Assembly (NCBI RefSeq): GCF_009914755.1
Contig: NC_060928.1
From: the human T2T-CHM13v2.0 reference genome, Homo sapiens
DNA length: 64,000 nucleotides
Reading direction: 5' to 3' (one strand)
Shown here in pieces: positions 1 to 14,700 of this stretch. The notes under the pieces are model-generated. The model was not told the DNA's origin, did not search any database, and saw only the letters and a list, made by a program, of their open reading frames with translations. Both the position numbers and the translations under genes were made by a program. Each line of letters begins with the position of its first letter. Within the stretch, counting starts at the first letter, position 1.

Positions 1-546
1 CAGTATATAATACATACTTTGGGTACTTTGATATTTAATGTACAGTATATAATACACACTTTGCGTACTTTGATATTTTATGTAAAGTATGTAATACATA
101 CTTTGGGTACTTTGATATTTTATGTACAGTATGTAATACACACTTTGGGTACTTTGATATTTTATGTAAAGTATGTAAAACATACTTTGGGTAGTTTGGT
201 ATTTTATGATCATTATATAATACATATTTTGGGTACTTTGATATTTTATGTACAGTATATAATACATACTTTGGGTACTTTGATATTTTATGTACAGTAT
301 ATAATGCATACTTTGGATACTTTGATATTTTATGTACAGTATATAATACATACTTTGGGTACTTTGATATTTTATGTACAGTATGTAATACATAATTTGG
401 GTAATTTAATATTTTATTTATAGTATATAATACATACTTTGTGTACCTTGATATTTTATGGACAGTGTATAATACATACTTTGGGTACTCTGATATTTTA
501 TGTACAGTGTATAATATATAGTTTGGGTACTTTGATAATTTATGTG

Positions 547-622
547 CAGTATATAGTTTGAGTACTTTGATATTTTATGTACAGTTTATTATCAATGTTT
601 GGTTACTTTCACATTTTATGTA
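547..622. repeat. Landmark shortened monomer pair (35 bp + 41 bp), first of many copies delimiting modules
   Basis: CAGTATATAGTTTGAGTACTTTGATATTTTATGTA (7 bp shorter than consensus) followed by a 41-bp CAGTTTATTAT.AATGTTTGG-type monomer. Six per 4,777-bp unit and about 60 between 23029 and 64000. Confidence 0.9.
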
Positions 623-3450
623 CAGTATATAATACATAATTTGGGCACTTTGATATTTTATGTACAGTATATAATACATACTTTGGGTACTTTTGTATTT
701 TATGTACAGTATATAATACATAGTTTGGGTACTTTGATATTTAATGTATAGTATATAATACACACTTTGCGTACTTTGATATTTTATGTAAAGTATGTAA
801 TACATACTTTGGGTACTTTGATATTTTATGTACACTATGTAATACACACTTTGGGTACTTTGATATGTTATGTACAGTATGTAAAACATACTTTGGGTAG
901 TTTGGTATTTTATGATCAGTATATAATACATATTTTGGGTACTTTGATATTTTATGTACAGTATATAATACATACTTTGGGTACTTTGATAGTTTATGTA
1001 CAGTATATAATGCATAATTTGGATACTTTTATAGTTTATGCACAGTATATAATACATACTTTGGGTACTTTGATATTTTATCTACAGTATATAATGCATA
1101 CTTTGGGTACTTTGATAGTTTATGTACAGTATACAATACATACTTTGGGTACTTTGATATTTTATGTACAGTATATAATATGTAGTTTGGGTACTTTGAT
1201 ATTTTAACTACAGTATATAATACATACTTTGGGTACTTTGATATTTTATCTACAGTATATAATACATACTTTGGGTACTTTGACATATCATGTACAGTAT
1301 ATAATACATAGTTTGGGTACTTTGGTATTTTTTGTACAGTATGTAAAACATAATTTGGGGAGTTTGATATTTTATGAACAGTATATAATACACATTTTGG
1401 GTACTTTGATATTTTATGTACAGTATATAATACATACTTTGGGTACTTTGATATTTTATGTACAGTATATAATACATACTTTGGGTACTTTGATATTTTA
1501 TGTACAGTATATAATACATACATTGGGTACTTCGATATTTTATGTGCAGTACACTATATATAGTTTGGGTACTTTGATATTTTATGTCCAGTATAAAATA
1601 AATAGTTTTGGTACTTTGATATTTTATGTACAGTATATAGTTTGAGTACTTTGATATTTAATGTACAGTTTATTATAAATGTTTGGGTGCTTTCATATTT
1701 TATATACAGTATATAATACATACTTTGGGCACTTTGATATTTTATGTACAGTATATAATACATTCTTTGGGTACTTTCATATTTTATGTACGGTATATAA
1801 TACATACATTGGGTACTTTGATATTTTATGTACAGTATATAATATATAGTTTGGGTACTTTGATATTTTATATACAGTATATAATATATATTATGTGTAC
1901 TTTGATATATTATGTACAGTATATAATATATAGTTTGGGTTGTTTGATATTTTATGTACAGTATATAATATATAGTTTGGGTAGTTTGATATTTTAAGTA
2001 GAGTTTGTAATATATACTTTGTGTAATTTAATATTTTATGTACAGTATACAATATATAGTATTGGTACTTTGATATTTCATGTAAAGTATATAGTTTGAG
2101 TACTTTGATATTTTATATAGAGTTTATTATAAAAGTTTGGGTACCTTCATATTTTATGTACAGTATATAATACATACTTTGGGAACTTTTATTTTATGTG
2201 CAGTATATAATACATACTTTGGGTACTTTGATATTTTATGTGCAGTATATAATACACACTTTGGGGACTTTGATATTTTATGTACAGTATATAATACACA
2301 CTTTGGGTACTTTGATATTTTATGTACAGTATATAATACATACTTGGGTACTTTGATATTTTTTGTACAGTATATAATACATACTTTGGGTACTTTAATA
2401 TTTTATGTATAGTATATAATACATACTTTGTGTAGTTTGATATTTTATGTACAGTATACAATATATAGTTTGAGTACTTTGATATTTTATGTCCAGTATA
2501 AAATATATAGTTTTCCTAATTGATATTTTATGTACAGAATATAGTTTGAGTACTTTGATATTTTATGTACACTTTATTATAAATGTTTGGGTACTTTCAT
2601 ATTTTATGTACAGTATATAATACATACTTTGGTCTCTTTGATGTTTTATGTACAGTATATAATACATACTTTGGGTTCTTTGATATTTTATGTGCAGAAT
2701 ATAATGCATAGTTTTAGGTACTTTTATATTTTATGTACAGTATATAATACATACTTTGGGTACTTTGATATTTTATGTACAGTATACAATACATACTTTG
2801 GGAACTTTGATATTTTATGTACAGTATGTAATACATACTTTGGGTACTTTGATATTTTATGTACAGTATATAATACATATTATTGGTACTTTGATATTTT
2901 ATGTACAGTATACAATATATAGTTTGAGTACTTTGATATTTTATGTCCAGTATAAAATACATAGATTTCATACTTTGATATTTTATGTACAGAATATAGT
3001 TTGAGTACTTTGATATTTTATGTACACTTTATCATAAAAGTTAGGGTACTTTCATATTTTACGTACAGTATATAATACATACTTTGGGCACTTTGATGTT
3101 TTATGTACAGTATATAATACATACTTTGTGTTCTTTGATATGTTATGTACAGCATATAGTACATAATTTGGGGACTTTTATATTTTATGTACATTATATA
3201 ATACATACTTTGGGTACTTTTATATTTTATGTACGGTATATAATGCATACTTTGGGTACTTTGATATATTATGTACAGTATATAATACATACTTTGCGTA
3301 CTTTGATATATTATGAACAGTATATAATACATACTTAGGGTACTTTGACATTTTATGTACAGTACATAATACATACTTTGGGTACTTTGATATTTTATGT
3401 ACAGTATATAATACATACTTTGTGTACTTTGATATTTTATGTACAGTATA

Positions 3451-5784
3451 AAATACATATTTTGGGTACTTTTATATTTTATGTACAGTATATAATATAT
3501 AGTTTGGGTACTTTGATATTTTATGTACGGTATATAATACATACTTTGGGTACTTTGATATTTTATGTACAGTATATAATACATACTTTTGTACTTTGAT
3601 ATTTTATGTACAGTATATAATACATACTTTGGGTACTTTGATATTTAATGTACAGTATATAATACACACTTTGCGTACTTTGATATTTTATGTAAAGTAT
3701 GTAATACATACTTTGGGTACTTTGATATTTTATGTACAGTATGTAATACACACTTTGGGTACTTTGATATTTTATGTAAAGTATGTAAAACATACTTTGG
3801 GTAGTTTGGTATTTTATGATCATTATATAATACATATTTTGGGTACTTTGATATTTTATGTACAGTATATAATACATACTTTGGGTACTTTGATATTTTA
3901 TGTACAGTATATAATGCATACTTTGGATACTTTGATATTTTATGTACAGTATATAATACATACTTTGGGTACTTTGATATTTTATGTACAGTATGTAATA
4001 CATAATTTGGGTAATTTAATATTTTATTTATAGTATATAATACATACTTTGGGTACCTTGATATTTTATGGACAGTGTATAATACATACTTTGGGTACTC
4101 TGATATTTTATGTACAGTGTATAATATATAGTTTGGGTACTTTGATAATTTATGTGCAGTATATAGTTTGAGTACTTTGATATTTTATGTACAGTTTATT
4201 ATCAATGTTTGGTTACTTTCACATTTTATGTACAGTATATAATACATAATTTGGGCACTTTGATATTTTATGTACAGTATATAATACATACTTTGGGTAC
4301 TTTTGTATTTTATGTACAGTATATAATACATAGTTTGGGTACTTTGATATTTAATGTATAGTATATAATACACACTTTGCGTACTTTCATATTTTATGTA
4401 AAGTATGTAATACATACTTTGGGTACTTTGATATTTTATGTACACTATGTAATACACACTTTGGGTACTTTGATATGTTATGTACAGTATGTAAAACATA
4501 CTTTGGGTAGTTTGGTATTTTATGATCAGTATATAATACATACTTTGGGAACTTTGATATTTTATGTACAGTATATAATACATACTTTGGGTACTTTGAT
4601 AGTTTATGTACAGTATAAAATACATATTTTGGGTACTTTTATATTTTATGTACAGTATATAATATATAGTTTGGGTACTTTGATATTTTATGTACGGTAT
4701 ATAATACATACTTTGGGTACTTTGATATTTTATGTACAGTATATAATACATACTTTTGTACTTTGATATTTTATGTACAGTATATAATACATACTTTGGG
4801 TACTTTGATATTTAATGTACAGTATATAATACACACTTTGCGTACTTTGATATTTTATGTAAAGTATGTAATACATACTTTGGGTACTTTGATATTTTAT
4901 GTACAGTATGTAATACACACTTTGGGTACTTTGATATTTTATGTAAAGTATGTAAAACATACTTTGGGTAGTTTGGTATTTTATGATCATTATATAATAC
5001 ATATTTTGAGTACTTTGATATTTTATGTACAGTATATAATACATACTTTGGGTACTTTGATATTTTATGTACAGTATATAATGCATACTTTGGATACTTT
5101 GATATTTTATGTACAGTATATAATACATACTTTGGGTACTTTGATATTTTATGTACAGTATGTAATACATAATTTGGGTAATTTAATATTTTATTTATAG
5201 TATATAATACATACTTTGTGTACCTTGATATTTTATGGACAGTGTATAATACATACTTTGGGTACTCTGATATTTTATGTACAGTGTATAATATATAGTT
5301 TGGGTACTTTGATAATTTATGTGCAGTATATAGTTTGAGTACTTTGATATTTTATGTACAGTTTATTATCAATGTTTGGTTACTTTCACATTTTATGTAC
5401 AGTATATAATACATAATTTGGGCACTTTGATATTTTATGTACAGTATATAATACATACTTTGGGTACTTTTGTATTTTATGTACAGTATATAATACATAG
5501 TTTGGGTACTTTGATATTTAATGTATAGTATATAATACACACTTTGCGTACTTTGATATTTTATGTAAAGTATGTAATACATACTTTGGGTACTTTGATA
5601 TTTTATGTACACTATGTAATACACACTTTGGGTACTTTGATATGTTATGTACAGTATGTAAAACATACTTTGGGTAGTTTGGTATTTTATGATCAGTATA
5701 TAATACATATTTTGGGTACTTTGATATTTTATGTACAGTATATAATACATACTTTGGGTACTTTGATAGTTTATGTACAGTATA
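3451..5784. repeat. 1,167-bp (28-monomer) tandem duplication inside the 4,777-bp unit, recurring at +4777, +9554 and +14331
   Basis: ORFs 3563/4730, 3596/4763 and 4185/5352 are offset by 1,167. 3451-4617 and 4618-5784 differ at about 5 sites that I could see (3842/5009, 4052/5219, 4388/5555, 4543/5710, 4550/5717). Confidence 0.9.
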
Positions 5785-8700
5785 TAATGCATAATTTGGA
5801 TACTTTTATAGTTTATGCACAGTATATAATACATACTTTGGGTACTTTGATATTTTATCTACAGTATATAATGCATACTTTGGGTACTTTGATAGTTTAT
5901 GTACAGTATACAATACATACTTTGGGTACTTTGATATTTTATGTACAGTATATAATATGTAGTTTGGGTACTTTGATATTTTAACTACAGTATATAATAC
6001 ATACTTTGGGTACTTTGATATTTTATCTACAGTATATAATACATACTTTGGGTACTTTGACATATCATGTACAGTATATAATACATAGTTTGGGTACTTT
6101 GGTATTTTTTGTACAGTATGTAAAACATAATTTGGGGAGTTTGATATTTTATGAACAGTATATAATACACATTTTGGGTACTTTGATATTTTATGTACAG
6201 TATATAATACATACTTTGGGTACTTTGATATTTTATGTACAGTATATAATACATACTTTGGGTACTTTGATATTTTATGTACAGTATATAATACATACAT
6301 TGGGTACTTCGATATTTTATGTGCAGTACACTATATATAGTTTGGGTACTTTGATATTTTATGTCCAGTATAAAATAAATAGTTTTGGTACTTTGATATT
6401 TTATGTACAGTATATAGTTTGAGTACTTTGATATTTAATGTACAGTTTATTATAAATGTTTGGGTGCTTTCATATTTTATATACAGTATATAATACATAC
6501 TTTGGGCACTTTGATATTTTATGTACAGTATATAATACATTCTTTGGGTACTTTCATATTTTATGTACGGTATATAATACATACATTGGGTACTTTGATA
6601 TTTTATGTACAGTATATAATATATAGTTTGGGTACTTTGATATTTTATATACAGTATATAATATATATTATGTGTACTTTGATATATTATGTACAGTATA
6701 TAATATATAGTTTGGGTTGTTTGATATTTTATGTACAGTATATAATATATAGTTTGGGTAGTTTGATATTTTAAGTAGAGTTTGTAATATATACTTTGTG
6801 TAATTTAATATTTTATGTACAGTATACAATATATAGTATTGGTACTTTGATATTTCATGTAAAGTATATAGTTTGAGTACTTTGATATTTTATATAGAGT
6901 TTATTATAAAAGTTTGGGTACCTTCATATTTTATGTACAGTATATAATACATACTTTGGGAACTTTTATTTTATGTGCAGTATATAATACATACTTTGGG
7001 TACTTTGATATTTTATGTGCAGTATATAATACACACTTTGGGGACTTTGATATTTTATGTACAGTATATAATACACACTTTGGGTACTTTGATATTTTAT
7101 GTACAGTATATAATACATACTTGGGTACTTTGATATTTTTTGTACAGTATATAATACATACTTTGGGTACTTTAATATTTTATGTATAGTATATAATACA
7201 TACTTTGTGTAGTTTGATATTTTATGTACAGTATACAATATATAGTTTGAGTACTTTGATATTTTATGTCCAGTATAAAATATATAGTTTTCCTAATTGA
7301 TATTTTATGTACAGAATATAGTTTGAGTACTTTGATATTTTATGTACACTTTATTATAAATGTTTGGGTACTTTCATATTTTATGTACAGTATATAATAC
7401 ATACTTTGGTCTCTTTGATGTTTTATGTACAGTATATAATACATACTTTGGGTTCTTTGATATTTTATGTGCAGAATATAATGCATAGTTTTAGGTACTT
7501 TTATATTTTATGTACAGTATATAATACATACTTTGGGTACTTTGATATTTTATGTACAGTATACAATACATACTTTGGGAACTTTGATATTTTATGTACA
7601 GTATGTAATACATACTTTGGGTACTTTGATATTTTATGTACAGTATATAATACATATTATTGGTACTTTGATATTTTATGTACAGTATACAATATATAGT
7701 TTGAGTACTTTGATATTTTATGTCCAGTATAAAATACATAGATTTCATACTTTGATATTTTATGTACAGAATATAGTTTGAGTACTTTGATATTTTATGT
7801 ACACTTTATCATAAAAGTTAGGGTACTTTCATATTTTACGTACAGTATATAATACATACTTTGGGCACTTTGATGTTTTATGTACAGTATATAATACATA
7901 CTTTGTGTTCTTTGATATGTTATGTACAGCATATAGTACATAATTTGGGGACTTTTATATTTTATGTACATTATATAATACATACTTTGGGTACTTTTAT
8001 ATTTTATGTACGGTATATAATGCATACTTTGGGTACTTTGATATATTATGTACAGTATATAATACATACTTTGCGTACTTTGATATATTATGAACAGTAT
8101 ATAATACATACTTAGGGTACTTTGACATTTTATGTACAGTACATAATACATACTTTGGGTACTTTGATATTTTATGTACAGTATATAATACATACTTTGT
8201 GTACTTTGATATTTTATGTACAGTATAAAATACATATTTTGGGTACTTTTATATTTTATGTACAGTATATAATATATAGTTTGGGTACTTTGATATTTTA
8301 TGTACGGTATATAATACATACTTTGGGTACTTTGATATTTTATGTACAGTATATAATACATACTTTTGTACTTTGATATTTTATGTACAGTATATAATAC
8401 ATACTTTGGGTACTTTGATATTTAATGTACAGTATATAATACACACTTTGCGTACTTTGATATTTTATGTAAAGTATGTAATACATACTTTGGGTACTTT
8501 GATATTTTATGTACAGTATGTAATACACACTTTGGGTACTTTGATATTTTATGTAAAGTATGTAAAACATACTTTGGGTAGTTTGGTATTTTATGATCAT
8601 TATATAATACATATTTTGGGTACTTTGATATTTTATGTACAGTATATAATACATACTTTGGGTACTTTGATATTTTATGTACAGTATATAATGCATACTT

Positions 8701-11700
8701 TGGATACTTTGATATTTTATGTACAGTATATAATACATACTTTGGGTACTTTGATATTTTATGTACAGTATGTAATACATAATTTGGGTAATTTAATATT
8801 TTATTTATAGTATATAATACATACTTTGGGTACCTTGATATTTTATGGACAGTGTATAATACATACTTTGGGTACTCTGATATTTTATGTACAGTGTATA
8901 ATATATAGTTTGGGTACTTTGATAATTTATGTGCAGTATATAGTTTGAGTACTTTGATATTTTATGTACAGTTTATTATCAATGTTTGGTTACTTTCACA
9001 TTTTATGTACAGTATATAATACATAATTTGGGCACTTTGATATTTTATGTACAGTATATAATACATACTTTGGGTACTTTTGTATTTTATGTACAGTATA
9101 TAATACATAGTTTGGGTACTTTGATATTTAATGTATAGTATATAATACACACTTTGCGTACTTTCATATTTTATGTAAAGTATGTAATACATACTTTGGG
9201 TACTTTGATATTTTATGTACACTATGTAATACACACTTTGGGTACTTTGATATGTTATGTACAGTATGTAAAACATACTTTGGGTAGTTTGGTATTTTAT
9301 GATCAGTATATAATACATACTTTGGGAACTTTGATATTTTATGTACAGTATATAATACATACTTTGGGTACTTTGATAGTTTATGTACAGTATAAAATAC
9401 ATATTTTGGGTACTTTTATATTTTATGTACAGTATATAATATATAGTTTGGGTACTTTGATATTTTATGTACGGTATATAATACATACTTTGGGTACTTT
9501 GATATTTTATGTACAGTATATAATACATACTTTTGTACTTTGATATTTTATGTACAGTATATAATACATACTTTGGGTACTTTGATATTTAATGTACAGT
9601 ATATAATACACACTTTGCGTACTTTGATATTTTATGTAAAGTATGTAATACATACTTTGGGTACTTTGATATTTTATGTACAGTATGTAATACACACTTT
9701 GGGTACTTTGATATTTTATGTAAAGTATGTAAAACATACTTTGGGTAGTTTGGTATTTTATGATCATTATATAATACATATTTTGAGTACTTTGATATTT
9801 TATGTACAGTATATAATACATACTTTGGGTACTTTGATATTTTATGTACAGTATATAATGCATACTTTGGATACTTTGATATTTTATGTACAGTATATAA
9901 TACATACTTTGGGTACTTTGATATTTTATGTACAGTATGTAATACATAATTTGGGTAATTTAATATTTTATTTATAGTATATAATACATACTTTGGGTAC
10001 CTTGATATTTTATGGACAGTGTATAATACATACTTTGGGTACTCTGATATTTTATGTACAGTGTATAATATATAGTTTGGGTACTTTGATAATTTATGTG
10101 CAGTATATAGTTTGAGTACTTTGATATTTTATGTACAGTTTATTATCAATGTTTGGTTACTTTCACATTTTATGTACAGTATATAATACATAATTTGGGC
10201 ACTTTGATATTTTATGTACAGTACATAATACATACTTTGCGTACTTTTGTATTTTATGTACAGTATATAATACATAGTTTGGGTACTTTGATATTTAATG
10301 TATAGTATATAATACACACTTTGCGTACTTTGATATTTTATGTAAAGTATGTAATACATACTTTGGGTACTTTGATATTTTATGTACACTATGTAATACT
10401 CACTTTGGGTACTTTGATATGTTATGTACAGTATGTAAAACATACTTTGGGTAGTTTGGTATTTTATGATCAGTATATAATACATATTTTGGGTACTTTG
10501 ATATTTTATGTACAGTATATAATACATACTTTGGGTACTTTGATAGTTTATGTACAGTATATAATGCATAATTTGGATACTTTTATAGTTTATGCACAGT
10601 ATATAATACATACTTTGGGTACTTTGATATTTTATCTACAGTATATAATGCATACTTTGGGTACTTTGATAGTTTATGTACAGTATACAATACATACTTT
10701 GGGTACTTTGATATTTTATGTACAGTATATAATATGTAGTTTGGGTACTTTGATATTTTAACTACAGTATATAATACATACTTTGGGTACTTTGATATTT
10801 TATCTACAGTATATAATACATACTTTGGGTACTTTGACATATCATGTACAGTATATAATACATAGTTTGGGTACTTTGGTATTTTTTGTACAGTATGTAA
10901 AACATAATTTGGGGAGTTTGATATTTTATGAACAGTATATAATACACATTTTGGGTACTTTGATATTTTATGTACAGTATATAATACATACTTTGGGTAC
11001 TTTGATATTTTATGTACAGTATATAATACATACTTTGGGTACTTTGATATTTTATGTACAGTATATAATACATACATTGGGTACTTCGATATTTTATGTG
11101 CAGTACACTATATATAGTTTGGGTACTTTGATATTTTATGTCCAGTATAAAATAAATAGTTTTGGTACTTTGATATTTTATGTACAGTATATAGTTTGAG
11201 TACTTTGATATTTAATGTACAGTTTATTATAAATGTTTGGGTGCTTTCATATTTTATATACAGTATATAATACATACTTTGGGCACTTTGATATTTTATG
11301 TACAGTATATAATACATTCTTTGGGTACTTTCATATTTTATGTACGGTATATAATACATACATTGGGTACTTTGATATTTTATGTACAGTATATAATATA
11401 TAGTTTGGGTACTTTGATATTTTATATACAGTATATAATATATATTATGTGTACTTTGATATATTATGTACAGTATATAATATATAGTTTGGGTTGTTTG
11501 ATATTTTATGTACAGTATATAATATATAGTTTGGGTAGTTTGATATTTTAAGTAGAGTTTGTAATATATACTTTGTGTAATTTAATATTTTATGTACAGT
11601 ATACAATATATAGTATTGGTACTTTGATATTTCATGTAAAGTATATAGTTTGAGTACTTTGATATTTTATATAGAGTTTATTATAAAAGTTTGGGTACCT

Positions 11701-14700
11701 TCATATTTTATGTACAGTATATAATACATACTTTGGGAACTTTTATTTTATGTGCAGTATATAATACATACTTTGGGTACTTTGATATTTTATGTGCAGT
11801 ATATAATACACACTTTGGGGACTTTGATATTTTATGTACAGTATATAATACACACTTTGGGTACTTTGATATTTTATGTACAGTATATAATACATACTTG
11901 GGTACTTTGATATTTTTTGTACAGTATATAATACATACTTTGGGTACTTTAATATTTTATGTATAGTATATAATACATACTTTGTGTAGTTTGATATTTT
12001 ATGTACAGTATACAATATATAGTTTGAGTACTTTGATATTTTATGTCCAGTATAAAATATATAGTTTTCCTAATTGATATTTTATGTACAGAATATAGTT
12101 TGAGTACTTTGATATTTTATGTACACTTTATTATAAATGTTTGGGTACTTTCATATTTTATGTACAGTATATAATACATACTTTGGTCTCTTTGATGTTT
12201 TATGTACAGTATATAATACATACTTTGGGTTCTTTGATATTTTATGTGCAGAATATAATGCATAGTTTTAGGTACTTTTATATTTTATGTACAGTATATA
12301 ATACATACTTTGGGTACTTTGATATTTTATGTACAGTATACAATACATACTTTGGGAACTTTGATATTTTATGTACAGTATGTAATACATACTTTGGGTA
12401 CTTTGATATTTTATGTACAGTATATAATACATATTATTGGTACTTTGATATTTTATGTACAGTATACAATATATAGTTTGAGTACTTTGATATTTTATGT
12501 CCAGTATAAAATACATAGATTTCATACTTTGATATTTTATGTACAGAATATAGTTTGAGTACTTTGATATTTTATGTACACTTTATCATAAAAGTTAGGG
12601 TACTTTCATATTTTACGTACAGTATATAATACATACTTTGGGCACTTTGATGTTTTATGTACAGTATATAATACATACTTTGTGTTCTTTGATATGTTAT
12701 GTACAGCATATAGTACATAATTTGGGGACTTTTATATTTTATGTACATTATATAATACATACTTTGGGTACTTTTATATTTTATGTACGGTATATAATGC
12801 ATACTTTGGGTACTTTGATATATTATGTACAGTATATAATACATACTTTGCGTACTTTGATATATTATGAACAGTATATAATACATACTTAGGGTACTTT
12901 GACATTTTATGTACAGTACATAATACATACTTTGGGTACTTTGATATTTTATGTACAGTATATAATACATACTTTGTGTACTTTGATATTTTATGTACAG
13001 TATAAAATACATATTTTGGGTACTTTTATATTTTATGTACAGTATATAATATATAGTTTGGGTACTTTGATATTTTATGTACGGTATATAATACATACTT
13101 TGGGTACTTTGATATTTTATGTACAGTATATAATACATACTTTTGTACTTTGATATTTTATGTACAGTATATAATACATACTTTGGGTACTTTGATATTT
13201 AATGTACAGTATATAATACACACTTTGCGTACTTTGATATTTTATGTAAAGTATGTAATACATACTTTGGGTACTTTGATATTTTATGTACAGTATGTAA
13301 TACACACTTTGGGTACTTTGATATTTTATGTAAAGTATGTAAAACATACTTTGGGTAGTTTGGTATTTTATGATCATTATATAATACATATTTTGGGTAC
13401 TTTGATATTTTATGTACAGTATATAATACATACTTTGGGTACTTTGATATTTTATGTACAGTATATAATGCATACTTTGGATACTTTGATATTTTATGTA
13501 CAGTATATAATACATACTTTGGGTACTTTGATATTTTATGTACAGTATGTAATACATAATTTGGGTAATTTAATATTTTATTTATAGTATATAATACATA
13601 CTTTGGGTACCTTGATATTTTATGGACAGTGTATAATACATACTTTGGGTACTCTGATATTTTATGTACAGTGTATAATATATAGTTTGGGTACTTTGAT
13701 AATTTATGTGCAGTATATAGTTTGAGTACTTTGATATTTTATGTACAGTTTATTATCAATGTTTGGTTACTTTCACATTTTATGTACAGTATATAATACA
13801 TAATTTGGGCACTTTGATATTTTATGTACAGTATATAATACATACTTTGGGTACTTTTGTATTTTATGTACAGTATATAATACATAGTTTGGGTACTTTG
13901 ATATTTAATGTATAGTATATAATACACACTTTGCGTACTTTCATATTTTATGTAAAGTATGTAATACATACTTTGGGTACTTTGATATTTTATGTACACT
14001 ATGTAATACACACTTTGGGTACTTTGATATGTTATGTACAGTATGTAAAACATACTTTGGGTAGTTTGGTATTTTATGATCAGTATATAATACATACTTT
14101 GGGAACTTTGATATTTTATGTACAGTATATAATACATACTTTGGGTACTTTGATAGTTTATGTACAGTATAAAATACATATTTTGGGTACTTTTATATTT
14201 TATGTACAGTATATAATATATAGTTTGGGTACTTTGATATTTTATGTACGGTATATAATACATACTTTGGGTACTTTGATATTTTATGTACAGTATATAA
14301 TACATACTTTTGTACTTTGATATTTTATGTACAGTATATAATACATACTTTGGGTACTTTGATATTTAATGTACAGTATATAATACACACTTTGCGTACT
14401 TTGATATTTTATGTAAAGTATGTAATACATACTTTGGGTACTTTGATATTTTATGTACAGTATGTAATACACACTTTGGGTACTTTGATATTTTATGTAA
14501 AGTATGTAAAACATACTTTGGGTAGTTTGGTATTTTATGATCATTATATAATACATATTTTGAGTACTTTGATATTTTATGTACAGTATATAATACATAC
14601 TTTGGGTACTTTGATATTTTATGTACAGTATATAATGCATACTTTGGATACTTTGATATTTTATGTACAGTATATAATACATACTTTGGGTACTTTGATA

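Noticed and set aside
4-10. TATA-box-like TATATAA / TATAAAA in nearly every monomer
   Set aside because: An intrinsic part of an AT-rich monomer with no other promoter context; it cannot be called a promoter from sequence.
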